From NCBI GenBank assembly GCA_965217775.1, contig CBDCJH010000002.1, forward strand, positions 5,504,001 to 5,568,000: 64,000 bases of DNA, in the 5' to 3' direction. Origin of the DNA: Acidobacteriota bacterium (GTDB taxonomy: Bacteria > Acidobacteriota > UBA6911 > RPQK01 > JAJDTT01). The notes below the pieces were generated by a model that saw only the letters and a program-made list of their open reading frames with translations, made no database searches and had not been told where the DNA came from. Numbering within the stretch: position 1 is the first letter of the stretch; each line of letters begins with the position of its first letter. Position numbers and translations under genes: made by a program. This document shows, piece after piece, positions 9,207 through 17,778 of this stretch.

Positions 9207-10031
9207 ATGCCGGCTCCGAAACTCGAATTCAGGAAAGTGACCGGTCATTGCGGCGCCGAAGTGCACGGCATCGACCTTGCCCGGCCGCTCGGCGCGGAGG
9301 TGGTGGACGTTCTCTCCAACGCACTGGCCGAACACTGCGTCCTCTTCTTCCACGAACAGTCCATGACTCCGGCCCAGCAGAAGGCGCTGGGCCGCCATTT
9401 CGGTGAATTGCACATTCATCCGGCGTGGCCCCGGTTGGTCGACGGCCATCCGGAAGTCATGGAAATCTACGCCGACGAGAACACCCGCCGGATCGCCGGG
9501 GAAGACTGGCATTCGGATGTCTCCTGCGACCGGGAGCCGCCGCTGGGGACGATCCTGCAGATGCTGGAGGTGCCGCCGGTAGGGGGCGATACCCTGTTCG
9601 CCAACATGTACGCGGCCTACGAGTCACTGTCGACGCCGATGCGGCGTTTGCTGGACGGAATGACCGCGATCCACGATGGAGAGTATGTCTACCGGGGCCG
9701 TTACGATGGCGCCGACGATGAGGGGAAGACCTTCCCCAGATCGGAGCATCCCGTCGGCCGGACCCATCCGGTGAGCGGACGCAAGGCGCTCTTCGTCAAC
9801 CGCCTCTTCACGACCCGTATCGTTCAGCTCTCGAAGCGGGAGAGCGACGCGGTCCTCGGTTTTTTGGTGGAGCACGCCGCGAGCCCCATGTTCCAGTGCC
9901 GGTTCCGCTGGCGTCCCGGATCGGTGGCGTTCTGGGACAACCGCTGCGCCCAGCACTACGCCCTGTGGGACTATTATCCGAACCGGCGCCGCGGGTTGCG
10001 CGTCACCATCAAGGGCGATCGGCCGCGTTAA
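9207..10031 (+). CDS. tauD: TauD/TfdA family Fe(II)/2-oxoglutarate dioxygenase (taurine/alkylsulfate dioxygenase-like)
   Basis: GAEVHGIDL, WHSD (HxD), GGDTLFANM, HPVGRTHP, FWDNRCAQH, RVT; gene symbol is family-level only. Confidence 0.85.
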   Translation: MPAPKLEFRKVTGHCGAEVHGIDLARPLGAEVVDVLSNALAEHCVLFFHEQSMTPAQQKALGRHFGELHIHPAWPRLVDGHPEVMEIYADENTRRIAGEDWHSDVSCDREPPLGTILQMLEVPPVGGDTLFANMYAAYESLSTPMRRLLDGMTAIHDGEYVYRGRYDGADDEGKTFPRSEHPVGRTHPVSGRKALFVNRLFTTRIVQLSKRESDAVLGFLVEHAASPMFQCRFRWRPGSVAFWDNRCAQHYALWDYYPNRRRGLRVTIKGDRPR

Positions 10032-10193
10032 CAGTCCGTGGTGAAAGTCCTGCGAGCACCGAGACCGTTCCTGCGCCCGCCGGACAAGGCGCGATTCGGG
10101 TGCATACCGGGAGTATGTGCCCGAATCGCAACGCCGTCCGCCGGGATGCAGGGACGGTCGAATGCCGTGATGACTTTTGCCACGGGCTGTTAA
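10028..10193. mobile_element. MITE-like element with 21-bp imperfect terminal inverted repeats and TTAA flanks
   Basis: taacagtccgtggtgaaagtc (10029-10049) versus reverse complement of 10172-10192, taacagcccgtggcaaaagtc (18/21 match); TTAA at both ends; long internal hairpin 10081-10140. Confidence 0.7.
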
Positions 10194-10199
10194 GGCGGT

Positions 10200-11825
10200 T
10201 CAATACTTGATCCGGAGTTGCACGCCGCAGAGAGTTGCCCCGTCGCGACCCACGTTTGCGTCTTCCGGGAGCGAGACCTCCAGCGTGTTCTCTCCGGTCC
10301 TCAGGGGCGGAGCGCTCAGCGCATAGGCGACCGGGTACTTGCACTCGCCATCATGCGGACTCTCCACTGACCCTTTCTCTAAAGACACGCCGTTGAGACG
10401 CAGCCGTAGTGGATCCTCTGCCGTGGGTCTTTGCAGCCTCAACTCCAGTCGGATCTCGGCCGGCGCCCCCGCCGGGGCGTTCGGGGCCAACTCATCGGCC
10501 ACGGCCAGCGTGAACTCATGGGAGGTGCCTCTCTGGACCAAGCGCGGCAGAGGCGTCGGACTGGACACGAACGCGTAGTGTTCGAAGGCCTGGGCGTCGA
10601 GGCCGTAGAGCTTGGTCTTTCCCGCCAGTGTCTCCGGCTCGCCGATCTCGTCGAGAGCCGCGTGCCGTTGATCCTTCACCTCTTGGGGACCGAACATGTT
10701 CCAGAGGTAGCTTCCGTCGGCTCCGGCTCGGCGCCAATTGGCCGCCAACGCCCTCATCTGTTCCACTATGGAGCCCCTCAACCGGGTTCCCGTGTTGAAG
10801 CAGGGATAGACCAGCACGCCGTGCTTCTGAGCCGCCCGGGCGAATTCGGCCACGTCCAGCGAATTCGGAGCGTACCCCCCGCCTGCGATCAGGATGTCCA
10901 CCAATCCCTCCCGCGCCCACTGCTCCAGGTCCAGCCCGATTCCCCTGGAAAGATGGAAGCTGTCCGGGACCCGAGCGGCCAGAAGCAGGGGACGCCCGCG
11001 GCGAGTGGCGATCTCATCCATTGAGCGGCGAATGCGGCGCAGGAAGCCGGTCATGACGGCAACCTCTCCGTCGCCGACCGGCACTCCCCGCATCGATGAG
11101 CTGAAGTACACGGGCTGGCGGATGAAGTCCAGCTCGATTCCGTCGATGTCGTATCGTTGGCACACCTCTTCGATGATCTCGAGCTTGCGCCGACGAACCT
11201 CCTGGTGGACGAAGTCCTGGGCCGTGACGTACAACTTCCGCTCGGGCAACATCCCGGTCCGGTCCACCAGGAACTGGGGGTGGTTCCTCTTCCAGTGGGT
11301 GATCCAGCGGTACCACATGCTGTCGTGCACGTCGTTCATGCGCAACGACGCGAATGCCTCCATCCCGTTAGCGTGGCAGAAGTCCACCACTACTTGCAGG
11401 GGACAGTGTCCGGCCTCGATCAGCGATTTGAGATTCGAGATCATGGGACCCATACGCGGGGCCGGATGGGCGTGGGCGGGGCCGAAGACCGGCTGGACCC
11501 TGCTGTCGTAGTTGGGCGCGTCCCCCTTGGTGATGGACCAGGCGACGGTATCGACCTGGGTGCCGGCCAGCCGTTTCAAACGAATTCCCAGGAACCCCTC
11601 CGGCGTGCTCGAATCCGCGTCGTGCAGGTCGCCGCCATCGTCATTGAAGATGATGCGCCGTGGCTTGGCGGCGGCCTCTTTGCGTGCTCGAACGACCTCC
11701 ACCGCTACTACGGTACCCGCTGGGTCGGAGCTGTCGGCGGGCGCCTCAGGAGCCGGGGACTGGGTAGTGCAGGCCAGCGGCAACAGGACCAGAAGAAGAC
11801 AACAGCCGGTCGAACGCGTGTACAT
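10200..11825 (-). CDS. GHL10/DUF187-like TIM-barrel glycoside-hydrolase-like lipoprotein
   Basis: Lipobox PLAC; IIFNDDG, SLRMNDVHD, YDIDGIELDF motifs; start taken at ATG 11825 (GAGG RBS). Confidence 0.65.
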   Translation of the reverse strand: MYTRSTGCCLLLVLLPLACTTQSPAPEAPADSSDPAGTVVAVEVVRARKEAAAKPRRIIFNDDGGDLHDADSSTPEGFLGIRLKRLAGTQVDTVAWSITKGDAPNYDSRVQPVFGPAHAHPAPRMGPMISNLKSLIEAGHCPLQVVVDFCHANGMEAFASLRMNDVHDSMWYRWITHWKRNHPQFLVDRTGMLPERKLYVTAQDFVHQEVRRRKLEIIEEVCQRYDIDGIELDFIRQPVYFSSSMRGVPVGDGEVAVMTGFLRRIRRSMDEIATRRGRPLLLAARVPDSFHLSRGIGLDLEQWAREGLVDILIAGGGYAPNSLDVAEFARAAQKHGVLVYPCFNTGTRLRGSIVEQMRALAANWRRAGADGSYLWNMFGPQEVKDQRHAALDEIGEPETLAGKTKLYGLDAQAFEHYAFVSSPTPLPRLVQRGTSHEFTLAVADELAPNAPAGAPAEIRLELRLQRPTAEDPLRLRLNGVSLEKGSVESPHDGECKYPVAYALSAPPLRTGENTLEVSLPEDANVGRDGATLCGVQLRIKY

Positions 11826-11906
11826 AAGTGGCAACCTCAAAGGATATCGGGGGAAACGGGAGGCCTGCCGGCGCGGGTTCCCGGGTGCCCACTGGTTCCC
11901 GAGCCG

Positions 11907-13184
11907 TCAGGGCAGATTCTCCAAGCGCCAGAACCGGCCCCGAAGGATCTTGTCCCGCTTGTAGGCGCCGAAGGTCAGGAACCGGTTCTTGGAGACTTCG
12001 ATGGTCGCCGGCACCGAGGCGCCGTAGTGGTCCACCTTGCCCACGTTCCGGTACGCCGGAAACACCACGAACTTCTTGGCCTTCGCCGGTAACTTGGTGC
12101 CCTCTTCGGTGCCGTCGAGCCAGATCTTCCCTCCGTTCAGACTGATTCGGAGCGCATGGTCGCCAGTATTCTCTCGTTGTCCCGGGTCCTGACCCGCGTG
12201 GCTGGCCAGGACCAGCCAGTCATCCTCGGTCCAGATCATGGACCAGCGGTAGCTGGCAAATCCGAACAAGCCGCCGGGCACCTCCCGGAAGGATCGGCCG
12301 CCGTCGGTCGATTCCAGCAGGATGCCGTTCTTGTAGGCCCAGTCGGGCATGTAGTTGGGCGGCGTCATGTCCATGGCGCTCAGCTTCCGGATCGCCTGAA
12401 GGTCCTCGCCCGGCAGGCCTTTCCTCTGGATTCGGGTGGCCGCGAAGATGTGGTCCGGGTCGTTGGGGTCCACGGCGTAGGCGGTCTCGGTGGCGTGCTG
12501 GTGGACGATGCTGGGATCTCCCCAGGTTTTCCCTCCGTCCCGGGTGCGGACCATCACGTCGCGGATGCCGGGTCGGGACTGATCCTCCTGATGCCAGTCA
12601 TCCCAATCGGGGTAGCGCATGCTGAGGGAAAAGAAGGCGGTCCCGTCGGGCCGCTCCACGAAGTTGGGGTGGCACCAGGCAGTCTCCATCATCGTATAGG
12701 GGTCCGCGTCGGGGTCGGGAGCGAAGCGGCCGTACTCGATCTCCCGGCTCTCCCAGGTCCGGCCGCCGTCCGTGGATTTCGAGAAAAAGACCCTCCGGTC
12801 TTTGTATTCCATGGACTTGCCGTCGGCAGTGTAGGTCGGGGGGGCCTGATGGAGCAGCCAGAGACTGCCGTCCCGGGCGACGTGAAAGCCTGCCAAATGC
12901 TGGCCGGGAGGGGCCTGGGGGAATTCGACCGGAATCGTCTCCCAGGTCCGGCCCCGATCCTTGCTCCGGAAGAGGCCCGGCTTCGGTTCCCCGGTGTTGA
13001 GCCAGATGGCTCCGTCCGGTCCGTGAACCACGTTATAGGCATCCAGGTCGGCGCGCGCCGGAGCGAGGATCACCTCGTCTTCGATGAAGAGCCGGACGTC
13101 CGCCAGGCTACCTCCGGCCCACACGGGCACGGCGGCCAAACTGAACACGAACAATGTGATTACGGAGTCGATTCGTTTCGGCAT
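11907..13184 (-). CDS. Exported BNR/Asp-box (sialidase-like) protein, tandem paralog 1
   Basis: Start MPKRIDS (AGGAGAGG RBS), signal peptide ending VWA; Asp boxes SKDRGRTW, STDGGRTW, TRDGGKTW, STDGGRSF. Confidence 0.8.
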   Translation of the reverse strand: MPKRIDSVITLFVFSLAAVPVWAGGSLADVRLFIEDEVILAPARADLDAYNVVHGPDGAIWLNTGEPKPGLFRSKDRGRTWETIPVEFPQAPPGQHLAGFHVARDGSLWLLHQAPPTYTADGKSMEYKDRRVFFSKSTDGGRTWESREIEYGRFAPDPDADPYTMMETAWCHPNFVERPDGTAFFSLSMRYPDWDDWHQEDQSRPGIRDVMVRTRDGGKTWGDPSIVHQHATETAYAVDPNDPDHIFAATRIQRKGLPGEDLQAIRKLSAMDMTPPNYMPDWAYKNGILLESTDGGRSFREVPGGLFGFASYRWSMIWTEDDWLVLASHAGQDPGQRENTGDHALRISLNGGKIWLDGTEEGTKLPAKAKKFVVFPAYRNVGKVDHYGASVPATIEVSKNRFLTFGAYKRDKILRGRFWRLENLP

Positions 13185-13213
13185 GAGCTGTCCTCTCCTG
13201 TTTCGGGTAAGGA

Positions 13214-13294
13214 GGGCGGCCACAAGGGCCGCCCCAACGGTTCCCATCTGCGTCATCGTAGCGGCAACGGTAGGGGCACCCCTCGTGGGTGCCC
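13214..13294. repeat. Back-to-back GTAG-type REP pair
   Basis: gggcggccacaagggccgccccaac (minus-strand REP) and GTAGGGGCACCCCTCGTGGGTGCCC (13270-13294). Confidence 0.75.
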
Positions 13295-13373
13295 TCGTTG
13301 ACAACGTGGCGGAATATCCCATTCCAGGTGGGGCCGGGGTGCTCGGATCAGCGTCATGCAGCTCGCCCCGCCA

Positions 13374-14654
13374 TCAGGGCAGATTCTCCAGGCGCCAGAA
13401 CCGGCCTCGGAGGATATTGTCCTTCTTGTAGGCAGCGAAGGTCAGGAACCGGTTCTTGGAGACTTCAACGGTCGCCGGCACCGAGGCGCTGTAGTGGTCC
13501 GCCTTGCCCACGTCCCGGTACGCCGGAAACACCGCGAACTTCTTGGCCTTCTCCGGTAACCTGGTGCCCTCTTCGGTGCCGTCGAGCCAGGACTTCCCTC
13601 CGTTCAGACTGATTCGGAGCACGTGGTCGCCTATAGAATCATTATTTTGTCCCGGGTCCTGACCCGCGTGGCTGGCCAGGACCAGCCAGTCGTCCTCGGT
13701 CCAGACCATGGACCAGCGGTAGCTGGCAAATCCGAACAAGCCGCCGGGCACCTCCCGGAAGGATCGGCCGCCGTCGGTCGATTCCAGCAGGATGCCGTTC
13801 TTGTAGGCCCAGTCGGGCATGTAGTTGGGCGGCGTCATGTCCATGGCGCTCAGTTTCCGGATCGCCTGAAGGTCTTCGCCCGGCAGGGCTTTCCTTTGGA
13901 TTCGGGTGGCCGCGAAGATGTGATCCGGGTCGTTGGGATCCACGGCGTAGGCGGTCTCGGCGACGAACTGGTGGACGATGGTGGGATCTCCCCAGGTTTT
14001 CCCCCCATCCCGGGTGCGGACAATCACGTCGCGGGCACCCGGGCGCGTCTGATCCGCCTGGGAGAAGTCGTCCCAGTGGTCGTAGCGCATGCTGAGGGAG
14101 AAGAAGGTGGTCCCGTCGGGCCGCTCCACGAAGTTGGGGTGACACCACGCGGCCTCCATGGATACATAGGGGTCCGCCTCGGGGTCGGGAGCGAAACCGC
14201 CGTAGTCGATCTCCCGGCTCTCCCAGGTCCGGCCGCCGTCCGTGGATTTCGAGAAAAAGACCCTCCGGTCCCTGTATTCGACGGACTTGCCGTCAACAGT
14301 GTAGGTCGGGACGGCCTGATGGAGCAACCAGAGACTGCCGTCCCGGGCGGCGTGAAAGCCTGCCGTATGCTGGCCGGGCGGGGCCTGGGAAAGCTCGACC
14401 GGAACCGTCTCCCAGGTCCGGCCCTGATCCTTGCTCCGGAAGAGGCCCGGCTTCGGTTCCCCGGTGTTGAGCCAAATGGCTCCGTCCGGTCCGCGAACCA
14501 CGTTGTAGGCGTCCAGGTCGGCGCTCGCCGGAGCCAGGATCACCTCGTCTTCGATGAAGAGCCGGATCTCCGCCAGGCTTCCTCCGGCCCAAGCGGTGAC
14601 GGCAGTCAAACTGAACACGAACCAAATAATTACGGAGTCGGTTCGTTTTGGCAT
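13374..14654 (-). CDS. Exported BNR/Asp-box (sialidase-like) protein, tandem paralog 2
   Basis: Start MPKRTDS; signal peptide ending AWA; near-identical to paralog 1 over long stretches. Confidence 0.8.
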   Translation of the reverse strand: MPKRTDSVIIWFVFSLTAVTAWAGGSLAEIRLFIEDEVILAPASADLDAYNVVRGPDGAIWLNTGEPKPGLFRSKDQGRTWETVPVELSQAPPGQHTAGFHAARDGSLWLLHQAVPTYTVDGKSVEYRDRRVFFSKSTDGGRTWESREIDYGGFAPDPEADPYVSMEAAWCHPNFVERPDGTTFFSLSMRYDHWDDFSQADQTRPGARDVIVRTRDGGKTWGDPTIVHQFVAETAYAVDPNDPDHIFAATRIQRKALPGEDLQAIRKLSAMDMTPPNYMPDWAYKNGILLESTDGGRSFREVPGGLFGFASYRWSMVWTEDDWLVLASHAGQDPGQNNDSIGDHVLRISLNGGKSWLDGTEEGTRLPEKAKKFAVFPAYRDVGKADHYSASVPATVEVSKNRFLTFAAYKKDNILRGRFWRLENLP

Positions 14655-14683
14655 GAGATGTCTTCCCCTGTTTCGTCTGAAGA

Positions 14684-14752
14684 GGGCGGCCACAAGGGCC
14701 GCCCCTGCGGTCCCTATCTGGCTTATCGTAGCGGCACCCCTCGTGGGTGCCC
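14684..14752. repeat. Back-to-back GTAG-type REP pair (duplicate of 13214-13294)
   Basis: gggcggccacaagggccgcccctgc and gtagcggcacccctcgtgggtgccc. Confidence 0.7.
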
Positions 14753-14831
14753 TCGTTGACAACGTGGCGGAATGTCCCATGCCAAATGGGGCCGGGGTGC
14801 TCGGATCCGCGTCATGCAGTTCGCCCCGCCA

Positions 14832-16109
14832 TCAGGGCAGATTCTCCAGGCGCCAGAACCGGCCTCGGAGGATCCGGTCCTTCTTGTAGGTGCAAAAGGT
14901 CAGGAACCGGTTCTTGGCGATCTGGATGGTCGCCGGCACCGAGGCGCTGTAATGGTCCGCCTTGCCCACGTCCCGGTACCCCGGAACCACCGGAAACTTC
15001 TTTGCCTCCGCCGCGGTGGACGTCCCGCTTTCGGTGCCGTCGAGCCAAGTCTTCCCTCCGTTCAGACTGACTCGGAGCACTTGGTCGCCAGGACTCTTTC
15101 GTTGACCCGGATCCTGACCCGCGTTGCCGGCCAGGATCAACCAGTCGTCCTCCGTCCAGACCATGGACCAGCGGTAGCTGCCGAAGCCGAACAAGCCGCC
15201 AGACACTTCCCGGAAGGATCGGCCGCCGTCGGTCGATTCCAGCAGGATGCCGTTCTTGTAGGCCCAGTCGGGCATGTAGTTGGGCGGCGTCATGTCCATG
15301 GCGGTCAGTTTCCGGATCGCCTGCAGGTCCTCGCCCGGGAGGCCTTTCCTCTGGATTCGGGTCGTCGCGAAAATGTGGTCCGGGTCTTTGGGATCCACGG
15401 CGTAGGCGGTTTCGGTGGCGTGCTGGTGGACGATGGTGGGATCTCCCCAGGTCCGGCCCCCGTCCCGGGTGCGGACCATCACGTCGCGGACGCCGGGACG
15501 TGTCTGATCCTCCTGGGAGTAGTCCTCCCAATCGTCGTAGCGCATGCTGAGGGAGAAGAAGGCGCTCCCGTCGGGCCGCTCCACGAAGTTGGGGTGGCAC
15601 CAGGCGATGTCGATGGACGTATAGGGATCCGCCTCGGGGTCGGGAGCGAAGCGGCCCTGGTCGAGCTCCTGCGTCTCCCAGGTCCGGCCGCCGTCCGTGG
15701 AGATGGAGAAGAATCCCCGCCGGTCGGTGGACTCGATCGACTTGCCGTCGACGATGCGGTAGGGGGCGGCCTGGTGGACCAGCCAGAGGCTGCCGTCCCG
15801 GGCGGCGTGAAAGCCCGCCAGATGCTGTCCGGGTGGAACATCGGAGAGCTTGACGGGAAGCGTCTTCCAGGTTCGGCCTTCATCCGTGCTGCGAAAGAGG
15901 CCCGGTTCCAGTTCGCCGGTGTTGAGCCAAATGGCTCCGTCCGGTCCCCGAACCACGTTCTGGGCGTTCAGCCGGCTGCTCGCGGGAGCGAGGATCACCT
16001 CGTCTTCGATGAAGAGCTGGACGTCCGCCAGGCTTCCCCCCTCCGGAGCACCGCAGCCCGTCAGGGCAAAGGCCAAGAGTGTGATCATGGTGTCGAGTCG
16101 TCTTGACAT
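14832..16109 (-). CDS. BNR/Asp-box (sialidase-like) lipoprotein, tandem paralog 3
   Basis: Start MSRRLD; lipobox LTGC; same mature sequence family as paralogs 1 and 2. Confidence 0.8.
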   Translation of the reverse strand: MSRRLDTMITLLAFALTGCGAPEGGSLADVQLFIEDEVILAPASSRLNAQNVVRGPDGAIWLNTGELEPGLFRSTDEGRTWKTLPVKLSDVPPGQHLAGFHAARDGSLWLVHQAAPYRIVDGKSIESTDRRGFFSISTDGGRTWETQELDQGRFAPDPEADPYTSIDIAWCHPNFVERPDGSAFFSLSMRYDDWEDYSQEDQTRPGVRDVMVRTRDGGRTWGDPTIVHQHATETAYAVDPKDPDHIFATTRIQRKGLPGEDLQAIRKLTAMDMTPPNYMPDWAYKNGILLESTDGGRSFREVSGGLFGFGSYRWSMVWTEDDWLILAGNAGQDPGQRKSPGDQVLRVSLNGGKTWLDGTESGTSTAAEAKKFPVVPGYRDVGKADHYSASVPATIQIAKNRFLTFCTYKKDRILRGRFWRLENLP

Positions 16110-16228
16110 GCGCTGTCTTCCCCTGTTTCTAATCGGGACCGAGTCTGCCGCCGTCGGCGAGTTTCCTCTATGATGAGGGCAATTGTCCGGACATATTTCT
16201 CTCTTTTGAGCTGGTTCAGGAGATTCTG

Positions 16229-17764
16229 ATGCAATCACTGTGGAATTCCAAGTCCGGGTTCATCCTGCCGGGATGCGTTCTTGCCGTCTGGGTCACGGCC
16301 GCAGCCGGGTCCACTCTGGACGTGGCGCAGAACCGGCAGTTGTTCGTCGACGACTACATCATCGAATCTTTGGACGGTGCCACCAAGACTCTGAACCAGC
16401 CGGTCAAGGTCGGGGCCAACCCGGTGCTGCCCATGGTTCCCGAGGGGGACCCGTCCTGGGAAGCGGGAATGCACTTCTGCTTCATCACCATCCTCTTCGA
16501 CGAGGCGGATGGGATCTACAAGATGTGGTACAGCCTCTGGGGAGCCAAAGACCAATCGATGATCCTGGCCTACGCTACCAGCCGGGACGGGCTCCGATGG
16601 GTGAAGCCGTCGCTTGGCATCGTCGAGCATCGGGGCAGCCGGGAAAACAACATCATCATGGATCGGGACGGGCTGGAAACGGGTGTCTTCATCGATCCCC
16701 GCGAGACTGATCCCGCCAAACGGTTCAAGATGCTCTACCAGGGAATCCGGGCCGCCTATTCGGCGGACGGCCTCCACTGGACGGACTACAACGACGGGGA
16801 AAAGGTCATCTTCCACGCGCCGGGGCACGACAGCCAGCCGGTTCCCTACTGGGACGGCCGGCTCGGCAAGTACGTGGCCATCATCCGGGACCGCACCGGG
16901 ATGATCAAAGAGGTGCGCAAGAAGATGGTCAGCGATCCCTGGGCCCGCCGGGTCTACGCCCAGCTTTGGGGCGGACCCAAGAAGGACCGGGTCCCTGAGA
17001 ACCACAGCCTGCGCCGGGTTGGCCAAGTGGAGAGCGACGACTTCGTCCACTGGACTCCCATGCGGACGGTGGTGGCGGCCGACGACCGGGATCCGATGCA
17101 CCGGGACCAGTTCTACAACATGCAGGTCATGCTCCACGACGAGCTGCGGATCGGGTTGATGACCGTGTTCAGCTACGGTTACGAGCGTCCCCGGGGACCG
17201 GTCCAGTTGACCTACAGCCGCGACGGCCTGAACTGGCATCGTGGCGGCGACCGGGAGGTCTTCCTGCCCACGTCGGAGCGGCCGGGCGACTTCGACTGGG
17301 GGTTCATCTGGCCGGTGCAGGGGCCGCTGGTCCGGGATGACGAGATCCGGATCTACTACGTGGGGTGGGGCGCCGACCACAATTCCGTGCCGCCGGACGG
17401 TTTCACCGGATTCAAGAGCGGCGTCGCGCTGTCGAAGCTGCGCCTGGACGGGTTCGTCTCCGTCGACGCCGGAGCGGCGGGCGGCGTCCTGACCACCAGG
17501 CCCTTCCGCTTCCGCGGCGGCAAGCTGTTGTTGAATGCCGATGCGGGGTCGGGCTGGGTCCAGGTCGAGATTCTTTCCGCGGACGGCAAGCCGCTGGAAA
17601 ATTTCGGCAGGGACGATTGCGACGCTCTGGAATCGGACGCCGTCCGCCATCGCGTGACCTGGAACGGCCAGGGGAATCTGAAAGGCTTGGAGGGGCAGCC
17701 GGTCCGGCTGAAGTTCCATCTACGGAACGCCAAGCTTTTCTCGTTCGGTTTTCGAGATCGATAG
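16229..17764 (+). CDS. Exported glycoside-hydrolase-like propeller protein (related to 3256..4821)
   Basis: AGGAG RBS; signal peptide; QLFVDDYII, YATSRDGLRWVKP, LRLDGFVS, GVLTTRP, GQPVRLKF. Confidence 0.7.
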   Translation: MQSLWNSKSGFILPGCVLAVWVTAAAGSTLDVAQNRQLFVDDYIIESLDGATKTLNQPVKVGANPVLPMVPEGDPSWEAGMHFCFITILFDEADGIYKMWYSLWGAKDQSMILAYATSRDGLRWVKPSLGIVEHRGSRENNIIMDRDGLETGVFIDPRETDPAKRFKMLYQGIRAAYSADGLHWTDYNDGEKVIFHAPGHDSQPVPYWDGRLGKYVAIIRDRTGMIKEVRKKMVSDPWARRVYAQLWGGPKKDRVPENHSLRRVGQVESDDFVHWTPMRTVVAADDRDPMHRDQFYNMQVMLHDELRIGLMTVFSYGYERPRGPVQLTYSRDGLNWHRGGDREVFLPTSERPGDFDWGFIWPVQGPLVRDDEIRIYYVGWGADHNSVPPDGFTGFKSGVALSKLRLDGFVSVDAGAAGGVLTTRPFRFRGGKLLLNADAGSGWVQVEILSADGKPLENFGRDDCDALESDAVRHRVTWNGQGNLKGLEGQPVRLKFHLRNAKLFSFGFRDR

Positions 17765-17778
17765 TGGAGGGTTGGACG

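Noticed and set aside
11907-16109. Diversity-generating retroelement or phase-variation cassette explanation for the triplet
   Set aside because: No reverse transcriptase or recombinase, differences are not adenine-specific, and all three copies are intact with their own RBS
17365-17778. N-terminal extension of the BNR lipoprotein
   Set aside because: Overlaps the upstream CDS in another frame; lipobox and RBS fit 17779
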